Source of the DNA: a virus
Virus record (IMG/VR): IMGVR_UViG_3300040770_000184
Reading direction: 5' to 3' (one strand)
Length of the DNA: 64,000 nt
The notes below the pieces were generated by a model that saw only the letters and a program-made list of their open reading frames with translations, did not search any database and was not told the DNA's origin. Position numbers and translations under genes: made by a program. Shown piece by piece: positions 28,986 through 40,300 of this stretch. The stretch's first letter is position 1. Every line of letters begins with the position of its first letter.

Positions 28986-31217
28986 ATGGCCGTTCTCACT
29001 TGGCGAAATGTGGATGCTCCTGACTTTCGGTCAGTAACAGACGCAAGCCGCAATGCCTCTGATTTAATGAATCAAGCGTTCAAATCAGCCAGTGATGGCC
29101 TGACTCAATTCAAGGATCAACGTGCCGAGGGGGCTGACCAAGCTGCTTTGGCTGAGTCCCTGAAGTTCACTGATCCTGCTGCTTACCAAGAAGCTTTGCG
29201 TAGTGGTGCTATTCAGCAGCAGAACATGTCCAGCAAGGGCACTGCTGCTCTGGGTGCCCGTGTGGGTGACTTGATTGCCCAAGCGAGTAATAAGCTTACT
29301 TTGGATCAAGCTCCTGAATTGTTTGCTCAAAACACCCAAGCAAACGCTGACATCAGTAATGGCCGTCAGCAAGCTTTTGCTAATACTGACTACGGTCAAG
29401 CTCGTCGGGTTGGTGACGATGAGCGTACAGATACTCTTCGCGCAGATACCGAAGCATCTGATGCGATCTTTAGTCAAATTTCTGAGAAGGCTCTGACTGG
29501 TGATAGTGCGAGTGAGCGGTTTAGGGAAGCTAAAGCCAACCTTACTCCCCAAGGTCAAAGACTGCTTCAAGCAAAACTTGAAGGGCGTTATAAAGTTGCC
29601 TTTGATGGTCCTGATCGGGTTATGGAACAGGTTCTTACGGATAATGATGGCAATACCCTCTTTCCAGAAAACGGGTCTGATTATGTTACTGACATCCCAG
29701 AGACCTTTTACAACCGTACTGTGGCTGATACTCCCCACTCGGGTAAGCCAATGTCTGCCAGTACTGTTGACGAGTGGGCGGCTTCTGCAGAAGAGGTCCG
29801 TAAGGCTACAGAAGGCCGTAAAGACTTACGCCTGAAGCCGGGTGAAGGCTCTTCGGCTAGTGGTGCTTACCAAATGATTTACCCTACTTTGCGTGCTGCT
29901 GCAGAGGAGGTATTTGGTAAAAAAGAGGCTGGCAGCGTTGTATTGACTCCCGCAGTTCAGGAGCAATTGGCCGAGCATATTTATAACCAAAAGAAGGGTG
30001 GCGATCTTTCTAAAACTTGGCAGGGCCTGGAAAAGTTAGATCGTCCTGCTGGGCATTACAAGGATGTTCCTTGGTCTGAAGCCCGTAAGGACATTCTCAG
30101 TAAGGAAGTAGGTGCTACCCCTACTGCTACCGCCCCAGTACAGAATGCACCAGCTCCTGTTGACCCAGTTGCTGAATTGATAGCTGCTGTACAGCCAACA
30201 ATACAAGGCAGTCAGCAAGAGGTACAAACCCCAAGTACCGCTGCGAGTGCAGGTCCTTTGGACCGATTAGCTTCGCTGGGTAACGGGGTAACTAATGTTC
30301 TATACGGGACTGGTAAAGCTGCTCTCTCTACTCCGTTAGATTATCTTTACCAAGCCGGAACGGTGGCAGCAGATGGCAATACAGAAACAATGCCAGGAAG
30401 CGGTCAGGGCTTTAGAGGTAATGCAACCAATACCCTTAACACGGGGCTTGATCAGGTAGCTTCTGCTTTTGATGGCACTGGGGCACTTGCCCGTAAGTTA
30501 CTTGGAGTTCAGCAAAACAACCCAGAATTGTACCAAGCAGCAACTGCCCAAAATACAGAAGCAGGGGTAGCACCCACGGGTACTCAACCGGGAGCACCTG
30601 TCCGTGTAAACGACTCTGCTCAAGCAGTTGCTGCTACAGCTTTGGATCAGCAAGACTCTTTGATGCGGGATCGGGTAACCTCTGGAGCTGCTCAGGATTA
30701 CATTGAAAACATTGAGAGTAAGGCTAGCGTACCGGAAGTAGTTGATGCCCTTATAGGAAAGGAATTTCCTGGGGCTGATCGTCCTGCCATGATTAACCAG
30801 ATCAATCATCTCGTAGCAGAGACTGGAGTAAACCCAGCTATTGCTGCTGCAATGATGAAACGTACTCAGGAAGGCTCCGGGTTCTGGTCAAAATTTAATG
30901 TCATACACAATAACCCTACCACCAACAGTAATAACCTTGGTGGTGGTAACCGCATTGATGACACCCGTATGGCTACCCTAATTGAGGCCATGAGAACCCG
31001 TGCTTCGTTGGGTCAAGCATACGATCAGGGTACTCAAGAAACGGCTACTACTACGTTAAGAACAGCCAGTGACCAATTGATTGCTGCTACCAAAAGTCTT
31101 TCTCAAGTTCGTAACTTGGCTGCTAACGGAGGGACAGATCAAAGAGAGGTTGATAGAGCTGCCCAAAGACAGCGACAGGCACAGGCTCTGTTGAATAGCA
31201 TTACAGGGAAGCAGTGA
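28986..31217 (+). CDS. N4 gp51-like ejection protein with central lysozyme-like domain
   Basis: LTWRNVDAPDF N-terminus; SSASGAYQM...QEQLA...W.GL resembles lambda-type/GH104 lysozyme. Confidence 0.75.
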   Translation: MAVLTWRNVDAPDFRSVTDASRNASDLMNQAFKSASDGLTQFKDQRAEGADQAALAESLKFTDPAAYQEALRSGAIQQQNMSSKGTAALGARVGDLIAQASNKLTLDQAPELFAQNTQANADISNGRQQAFANTDYGQARRVGDDERTDTLRADTEASDAIFSQISEKALTGDSASERFREAKANLTPQGQRLLQAKLEGRYKVAFDGPDRVMEQVLTDNDGNTLFPENGSDYVTDIPETFYNRTVADTPHSGKPMSASTVDEWAASAEEVRKATEGRKDLRLKPGEGSSASGAYQMIYPTLRAAAEEVFGKKEAGSVVLTPAVQEQLAEHIYNQKKGGDLSKTWQGLEKLDRPAGHYKDVPWSEARKDILSKEVGATPTATAPVQNAPAPVDPVAELIAAVQPTIQGSQQEVQTPSTAASAGPLDRLASLGNGVTNVLYGTGKAALSTPLDYLYQAGTVAADGNTETMPGSGQGFRGNATNTLNTGLDQVASAFDGTGALARKLLGVQQNNPELYQAATAQNTEAGVAPTGTQPGAPVRVNDSAQAVAATALDQQDSLMRDRVTSGAAQDYIENIESKASVPEVVDALIGKEFPGADRPAMINQINHLVAETGVNPAIAAAMMKRTQEGSGFWSKFNVIHNNPTTNSNNLGGGNRIDDTRMATLIEAMRTRASLGQAYDQGTQETATTTLRTASDQLIAATKSLSQVRNLAANGGTDQREVDRAAQRQRQAQALLNSITGKQ

Positions 31218-31239
31218 CGTAACGATTAGGTATACACTT

Positions 31240-31267
31240 AGCCCTACCCCACGGTAGGGCTTTTTTG
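31240..31267 (+). terminator. Intrinsic terminator before vRNAP gene
   Basis: AGCCCTACC-CCAC-GGTAGGGCT then TTTTT. Confidence 0.85.
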
Positions 31268-31321
31268 TTTCTATTGGTTCAGGTATCCTACCTACAACTT
31301 ACCTCTATTTAGGTGCTATGT

Positions 31322-34300
31322 ATGCCCACCTTTGATTCCTTTCAGACCTTACTTGATCAAGCAACTGGTGTGCAGCCTGCTACCCCTACAGACACTAAGA
31401 CGGATGTCTTAGATAGGGCTGGGCAGATTAAGAAAAATCAAGTCGCCCAAGCGAGTGCCCGTAAGCAAGAAGCTATGGGTCCAGGCGTTGATTCTGCTTA
31501 TAACATTGCTTTGTCTAAGTTGAGTTCGTTAGGGACATTGGGACGTAGCGATAAAGAAAACGACCTCCGTGAGATGACCCCAGGCCAGCTGTATCAAAAA
31601 TACGGTGACCAAGCAGGGACTCTTATTAAGCAGGTTGCCCAAGGCACTAACGCTGTCATGGATACCATGAACACGCCTGACCGTAATGCTGGTCAAGTGG
31701 CGTATGACGGTGCTACAGACATTGCCAGTGGTTTTGGTAATGCGTTAGGTGGCATTGCTGCCTTGGGTGTGGGCACTGTTAGTTCTCGTGGTGGTGCCGC
31801 AATCAGCCGTGAGTTGGAAGAAGCAACTCGCTTGAATGCTGCCTACCAAAGTGATGAGCTGCGTGTACGTAAGCAGTTGGCCGAAGACAAGAATGCACTG
31901 GCTGGCCGTGATAACGTCGAGCAACGTGCCACTGACATCAGTAATGGTGACTCCGAGCTTATTGCGGGCTTGAAGAGTATTGGCCGTGAAACAGTGAATG
32001 CCGTGAGCATTGCAGGAAGTGACCCTGCTGTCCTTGGTTCAGGCGTAAGCAACGCTGTCGGCTCTCTGTTGGCTGCAGGCCCTGTTAGTAAAGGAGTTAG
32101 TGGTCTTGCTGGCCTTGCCAAGCTTGGGGACATTGGTAGCAAGATAGCCACCCCTGTGGCCATTGGTGCAATGGAATCCGGTGGTAGCTACACCCAGACT
32201 GTAAACGACGTAATGGGACGTAGCCATGATCAGCTTCTGGCTGAAAGTGAGGATTACCGTGAGCTGGTTAAAACCATGTCTCCTGACGATGCCAAGCTGG
32301 AACTGGCAAACAGCACTGCCTTGAAGGCTGCTGCTTTAACGGCTCCTGCTGCTATTGCAGCCGGTAAGTTGGTGTCTAAATTTGAAGGTGCTCCTCTGAG
32401 CACAATGATTCGGAAAGCCCCTGGATATGTGTTGAAAGAACCAGTGGAAGAAGGGATCCAAGGTGCCAGTGGTCAACTGGCTCAGAACTTAGCAATACAA
32501 GGCAGCGTAGATGAAAATCAGGATCTAGCTGAGGGTGTTGGTCGCCAAGCTGGTGAGGGTGCCTTGTACGGTCTAGGTATGACTGCTGTTATGGGGGCAC
32601 CAAGTGGTGTTGTACAGGCAGTTGGTCTAGCTGGAAAGGGAACTCTTGCTGCAGGTAAGGCTGCCTTGGGCATGATGGCAGATCGCGTAGACAAGCAGCT
32701 TCAAGCGAATAAGGAGGCATCTCCTCTCGCTGATAAAACTGTCTTGGCTGCTGCGACAGAAGCTCAAGCAACTGCCGGAGTAGAAGCCCCTGTTATGCGA
32801 CAAGCTGTTGAGGAAACCGACGCTACACCAGAGCAGAAAGCAGAAGCCAATTCTTACATTGATAGCTTAGTGGCCGCTAATACCTACGATGTGGAAGCTG
32901 ACGCCACTCCTGAACTGTTGAAGCCCATCATGGGAGATGTGAAAAATCGTGTAGAAGCTATTCAACGTGTTGCCCAGTACGTAAACACAGTTGAAGAAGG
33001 CAGTCCTGCTCAAATGGAGGCAGGGGTGTATCTGTACGATTTGGTAAACGGTTACCAGAAGCTAATCAACAGCGACCCTGAAGCGTTACAGAAAGTTCCA
33101 CAGGATCACCCAGCTCGCACAATCGTTGGCCAATACGTTGGCTTGATGGACTCACTCGGAAAAACCCCAAAGGTAATGGATGCCATTGGAAAAATTCAGA
33201 GTGCTCTTGAGAAGCGTGCAGCGAAGGCGGTGGAAATCACTGATGAAATGCTGGAAACGCCGGAAGGTCAGAAAGCCGTAAATGATGTTATCAATGTGGC
33301 TATTTTGGCACCAGAGAAAGGCAATCTGGAAACTACTGAGCGAGTCTTGAATCAGGTCTCGCGGGGTAAGCTCCAGATCTCTCCTGAGCAAAAAGCTGCA
33401 CTTGATACGTCAGTGGCGATGCTTCGTGCTGTGGCTGCTGCCGATAAAGAAGCTCAAGCGTTGGGCGAGACTGATCCAGTATCGCTCAACATTAGCTCGG
33501 TAGAGGGGGAAAAGGGGCCATCCCTGACACAGCACGCTAAGGGCATCATGTCTGCGTGGAAGGCGGGTGACAGAAATACTGCAGCTGCCCGTCTGGTCGA
33601 GTTTCATAATTTCGCTAAGGGTATGAGTAATAAACTCGGAGCTATTAACACTCACTTTGCTGCGGGAGACCCGAAGGCAGTAGGAGTCGGCTACAAAATC
33701 TACGTCGGAGGGAACCTTAAAGACAGCCCCAATGTGTGGCGAGTCTATCCCAACAATGTGGGTTCTATAAAGATGGCGCAAAAGGTCGGTCGTGAAGCAA
33801 AAATGTTGGCCGATGTGTACAACAACCTGGTTACAGCGTTTCCTGATCTTAAAGGTGACCATCTTGATTTTATCCCGTTAGACCCACGTTTAGGCATTCC
33901 TGCCGAAGAATTTGTAGCCAACCATGGTAAAACAACTACCCCGGCTGAAGATGCAAAAACTGATACAAAAGCTGTACCGAGTGGGGCAAATGATACACGT
34001 ATCCCTGCCGGTGTCAGTAGCCTTAGTAATGCTGTTTTAGCCACTCGTCTGGGCAATACCAACACCAACGATCCTCGCTATGAAATTTACCAAGCTGAGA
34101 TGGATCGTCGTGAAGACGCAGCTACCTTGGCTGAGCAACAGGTTGCCGAAAAAATAGCCAAAGCCAAAGAGAAGGCAGCTATAGAGGAGACCCCGAAGGT
34201 TGTTGAAAAGTCCCCTGCTGTAGAAAAGGAAGCAAAGCCCGCCGACAAACCAGCGGTGACGCCTGTAGAGGAGGAAGTAACCAGTCTTGCATCAGAGCTA

Positions 34301-37300
34301 GAACAAGTAGGTGGTTTAGCTCAGTTTTTGGGTGTTAGGAACACTGGCGTGGAACCGGGTGCTGTACCTACGCTGCAACAAATTACTGATAGCTTGGCTG
34401 GGTTACTAAAAGCCCTGTCCGAAGGCGCTGTAACTAAACAAGCTTTAGCCTCTTTGCTTTCATGGGTCGATACGTCCCAAGAAGCAGACGCAAAGCGAAT
34501 GGAACGAGCAACGTATAAGAAGACAGACGCTAAGGGTGAGGCTCTTCCTGCCGAGCAGGTAGAAGCTAACAAAGCTAAGTATGCAGAGCGTGTTGCTCTT
34601 AAAGCGGGAACTCCTCGTCAGTACTTGACTATGCAAGTAGCCGAAGAACTGATTGAAGTACTGGAAGCTTACCTACAGAACAGTGATCTTGCCCCAGATG
34701 CACCTATCTTTAAGCTACTGGAAGCTCAAAAACGAATCCTTAAAGAATACCGTTTTGGCGCAGGTACTCTAGTCAAAGATGGGGGCAGTCCTTACAACGG
34801 GCTGAAAAACTATCAGGCAGTAGAGAAGGCACTTGAAGGCATTGATATACCCGTAGCGTGGCGTGAAACAGGGGTAATTGAAGCTGATGTACAAGCGCTT
34901 CTTGCAGAAGAAATAAAGAAGCTTAACCCCACCATGCAAGCGGTGACGCTTGCGAAAGTTGCGGTGGAGGCGCAGCCGCAACCGACGACTGTGAGCAAGG
35001 CGGAACCGACTGAGACAGGTAGCAAAACTCCTGAGTTCGATAAGCTTCCTTCGTATGACGAAAATAATCCCTCGTTTACCTACGCTGGCATAGGAAGTCG
35101 GCAGACTCCGCAAGCCATCCAAGATCTGATGACTACGCTGGCTGAGCGGCTTTCTGAGCTGGGCTTTACTTTAATGTCAGGAAACGCCAAAGGTGCTGAC
35201 CAAGCTTTCGAGGCGGGCGTTGGTAAAAACAGCAAAGAGATATTTCTGGTTAAAGATGCTACAGACACTACTCGCGCTATTGCGAAAGAAATCCACCCTT
35301 CTCCTAATAGTCTTGGGGACTATGCCCTGGACCTAATGGCCCGGAATACGAATCAGTTGTTTGGTAAGTATCTTAAATTACCTGTTGATTTTGTACTTGC
35401 GTGGACTCCAGATGGTCTAGAAAAGTCAGCCGATCGTTCTATTAAATCCGGTGGTACTGGGCAAGCTATTGATATGGCTTCCCGTAAAGGTATCCCTGTA
35501 TTTAACTTAGCTACTCCTGATGGATTGGCACGTTTTGAGGCACATATTCAAAAGCTAGAGTCTGCCGCTGCTGCAGAGGGGAAAGCAAAACCTGTTGAGG
35601 TGATAATAGTAGAGGAAAGCTTAGAGGACTCAGATTCCCTAATCGACTTTGATGCTGCTATGCAGGAAGCCACGGTGCGTGATGATGCCCCGATGTTCAT
35701 GCTGGAAGACACCACTACCGAAGCACCTGCTGCACCAGTAGTACCCACTTCGGTGGATATGACTCAGAAGCTGGATGTGGAAATGGATGAAGTTCCTCTT
35801 ACTAAAGAGGAGCTTGATGTCCCAATCATGGAAGCACCGATCGATGACTCTGGTGAAGGCGTTGCTGCTTTGTTCCCACGGATCATGGGCGTAATTAAAG
35901 GGGTGTTTAGTACTTCTTACAAGCTACCCAAGGTCCAGAAAACTCGTACTATCGGTACAGAGACTCCAATCTCGTTCCTACGTTCGGCTTTGAGCAACTC
36001 AGCCAACTTCACTAACCTCATTGGTTCATCCCCGAAGGGGAAGTACGATGCTAAGACAGCTGCTGAATACGGCAATCTGCTGGATCGTGCTGAAGAGATC
36101 GTTGAAAAGCTGAAGCAAAATCTGGCTAATAAGCTGGCTACTGATTACAAGAAAGGAGCCAAAGGGACCACTATTCGTGAGCTTGCTCTTGGCCTGAAGC
36201 AGATTAAAACCGCTAAGGGCGTTGTGTACGATCCTTTCCGTGCTGCAGATACTAAGTCTATGGGTATCACAGAGCAGCTAAACAACACCTTGGAATACAA
36301 CCCTGAGTTGTTGGAAGGTGCTGTGCTGGCTGGTATCCAATGGTTCATTGATTCGGATACTCGCAGCGATAACCTGGATGAGGCAGACGTGGCGTCAATG
36401 ACTGGTATCGACCGTGCTTTTGTAAGCTCCAGCATGGTGGATGCAATGAATACAGGCACCAGCCTGCTTGATGCAAAGGCAGCACTGTCTTCCAAAATTC
36501 TTAATTACTGGGGCCTGAGTAAAGAAAACAGCGGTCCTATTGGTTACCAGTCAGGCGTACCAGAAGCCATTGCTGGCGAGATCATGCGTACCTTCAAAGA
36601 ATTTGGTTGGTTGAATGCTGACTACTACGGTGTGACTAAGGGGGGACAGTTTGTTAAATATGACGCAGACGGTAAAGCACCTCTTGAGATGGTTAAGACG
36701 CTTATCCAAATCAGAACGGAGCCTTTGTCTAAAGACAGTGCAGTAAGGGCTTACCCAAATGCTCTAGATATGGCTGTTCTGATTGAGCCAGAAGAGAAGA
36801 CCATCATTGGTGATGAGGGGGAGCTTGCTGTCTCTCCTACCCAGATGCGTAACCCGGATGTGAAGAACACTCCGCAGCAGTTGAAGACGATTGCTAACGA
36901 GCAGAACACTCCGTACTTCCTCAATCTACCTATGGTCAATCTGTTTACGGCAATGGGGATTGACGAGCTTAAAGAAGCTTTTGTTCAGGTGGATACCAAG
37001 AACACCTTGATGAACAAGAACCATCGTATGTCCGTAGAGGGGCAGACACAGGCTCTTGCCTCAGCTTTCCAAAGCCTCACGGATACTGCTAATCGTGTTG
37101 ACGGCTATGCTGAAGGCGGTCCTTTGGATCAAGTACCTATCCGCTACGCTTTCAACATGAGTCGGGTTTCCCGTCTGCAGATGCTGGGTAAATACACCCC
37201 CCAGTCCAATAAACTGATTCGTGAGGCAATCATGCCTACTCGATCGGTTTTGGATCTGACCAACGCTAAAGACCTGTTCCGTTTCCAACTGGGTCTAGCA

Positions 37301-40300
37301 CAGGCTTTGGGAATCAAAGTTCATCACAAGATGCCAAGTGCTATAAAGAAAGACTTGGCTAAGCGTCTGGATGCTCTTGCACCTACTGTTCAGATCTTGG
37401 AAAGCTGGGTTGAGAAAATGGGTGGATTGCCCACTTCTTTAACGCCGACGATGATTAGTAACTTCAAAGAAGCAGGTATTGCCCTGACTCCTGTTGCTCT
37501 ACACGCACTTGTTGAGAAGGCTCGGTATAACAAAGGCATGAGTTTGAATGCCTTTAACACCGCCATCTACGTTGAAGCTGACGGAATCTCTAACGGCCCA
37601 ATCAACGCAATGATGTTGTTTACTGTAGGTGGGTTTACTGCCCAATGGCTCAAAACAATTGCCAAAGGCGGTATGTTTATTGGTCATGATCGTATGACCA
37701 TGAACGAGCACTTCACTACTACAGATGCAGTGGACCTGTATAAAACTACAGCCAACATTCATTTGAAAAAGATGGCTACCTTACGTAAAAAACTTCTTAA
37801 AGTGGCACCTGATGTAGCAGGGCAGATGGATCAGTTACTTGTTTTGATGGACCTGTTCATGGGTTCTGATATGTCCTTCAAAGAGGGTGTGCTGACTATT
37901 GATCGGGGCCTTACAAAGAACCCGCTGACCATTACCCTGTACGGCTCGGGAGCCAAAGGTATTGCAGGTAACTTGGTTCAATCTCTAACTGATGCCCTGT
38001 ATGAGCGTATGAGTCAGACAATTGAAGCAACTTCTAATCAGGGTATGTCCCCTGCCGAAGCGATGTTTGGCAAACAGTCTTCCTCGTTAGAAGAAGCGCA
38101 GGAAAAGTATGCTAAGTTTGAAAAAGCATTTGAGGCACTTACTACTAAGGTAGCTGTGCTGAATGAAGACGTTGGTTACGCTTTGGAGAGTGTTCCAGAA
38201 ACTAAGCGCAGTGAGAAAGAGAGTTCCCTAATTGAGTTTACTCTCTCCCAGCAAGAGCTTTCGGCTCTTCGGAACAACATGCACCTACTGTTTGTTACCC
38301 CACTGACTTACGCTATTAAAGACACAGTAGGCGATAGTCTGTTGGAAACAACTAAGCTCCTGCGTAAAGCAACCCAGGTACAGTCGATCTTCTTGGCTCA
38401 TGCTTTTAAAGCTGAGCTGGCTAAAGTGTTGTTGGAAAAAGGCAAAGATCCATTATGGAATCGTAATGACTTCTTAACCGTTGAAGAGGTCAATAAGATC
38501 AAGGCAAGCATTGCTCACCTTGCCCCCAACATTGTTACAGAGGATCAGGTTTTCTCTATCGCCACTGGCTTAGTAAGCCCCGTGGGTGCCACTACTTTTG
38601 GTAGTGCTCTTGATGGTAGCTTCCGCAGTGATCCGTATCTACACGCTCCTAAGAATGCCGGTGTATCGGGCATTCCTTACATGACCATTGGTGCTGGTGA
38701 TGGTTTGATGATGCAGCTGATTTCAACCTACAGTGATGCCATTGAAGGCACCTTGAAAATCTTTGACGGTATGAACATGCCGTTGGACAAAATCGAAGAA
38801 GGTAGTCGTCAAGCTAACGCTGCAGTGTTTGAAAGCTGGTCACGTAACCCTTTGAAGGCTGTTTACGAGAGCTACCTTGCGTTTACAAAAGTAGCCGACA
38901 CTGAGACTCTTTTTGAGGAGATGCGCCCTGAGTTGACTTTGGCTCTGATAGGTTTTACTAAGGAACCTGTTAGTTACAAAAGAATCATGTCTGAATTTAA
39001 TGCCTTGCCTAATATGCTTAATTGGGCACAGCAATCCATTGAGGCACGTCACCGTACCGTTAAGAAAGTAAACCTATCTGTTGATCAGATGGCTGCTGTC
39101 GGTGAGCCACATGTGAACAAGGGAACTGTTGTTCTTGACAACTCCAGCTACGAGGCTATGGAAGCGCAAATAAATGTTATTTACGAAGAGGAGCTTGCTG
39201 ATATTAATAAAGCAGAACGAGTAGATCGTACTTTGAATGCTGAATTACTTCTTCTCACTGAGTCTCACGCTTCTGGTGTGGAAGTTCTTCCTGCCTCTAG
39301 GCTGGGTGAGCTGACTACTCAAATGCCTAAAACACAGGCAGCAGTGATGAAAGAGATCATTGATACCTTGGCAGCAGAAGGCTACCGGATTGTGTTTGGC
39401 GGTCCAGAGCAGATTGCTAAGTTCAATGATGCTGAGGGTCTTTATGGTAACGGTGGTAATTCCAGCGAAGGTTTACAGGGTTACACCAATATCGACAGCA
39501 AAGTAATCTACCTGCACAACAACACTACTGAGACCTTCACTCACGAGTTGATTCACGCAGCTACTTTCCAAGCAGTGCTTGCTCATTACTTAGGTACTGG
39601 GACTCGTCGAGCATCTATGGCAGTGTTACGAATTGAGGAATTGATGAATCAATTCTTGGATCTGGAAAGCTCTTTGATCCAAGTGAACAGTGATGTTCGT
39701 GACTCTTACGCAGATGCTAAAGCCGCTATTGAGGACTACCTCTTAGACGATACCCCTGGCAGCAAAGCAGCAGCTCTGAACGAGTTTATGGCGTGGACAT
39801 TGGCTAACGAGTCTTTGGCTAACATAGCTAAGAACACTACGGCTACTAAGTTTGCCCGTATCAGAGAGGCCGTGCTGTCCTTCTTGAAGCAGTTGTTCAA
39901 CATTAAGCAGGAAGTGGGCAAGGACATGCTCAGCAATCTGTTGTTTAACAGCACCATTTTGATCCGTAGCCAACCGACTGTGAAAGAGCGGTTTACCCGT
40001 ACCGTACTGATGCAGAACAGCATCTATGGTGACAACGATCGCCTTGTGAGTATTAACGAGAGCCTCAATAAAACGATCGGGCAGTATCTCAAAGAGAAGG
40101 TTCACCCTAACAAGGTAGATGCCACTGTGGCTCTGCAGACAGGGATCATGCAGTCATACCGTGTAAGCCAATCGTTTATGGCTCACGGCTTTGATATGAA
40201 TATGCAGGAGGCTTCCACCTTCAATACCATTGTGGCTACCTTGGCTACTGAAGCCAAGATAGACGCTAATGCTATGGCTACTGCCCAGAAGCTGTATGTA

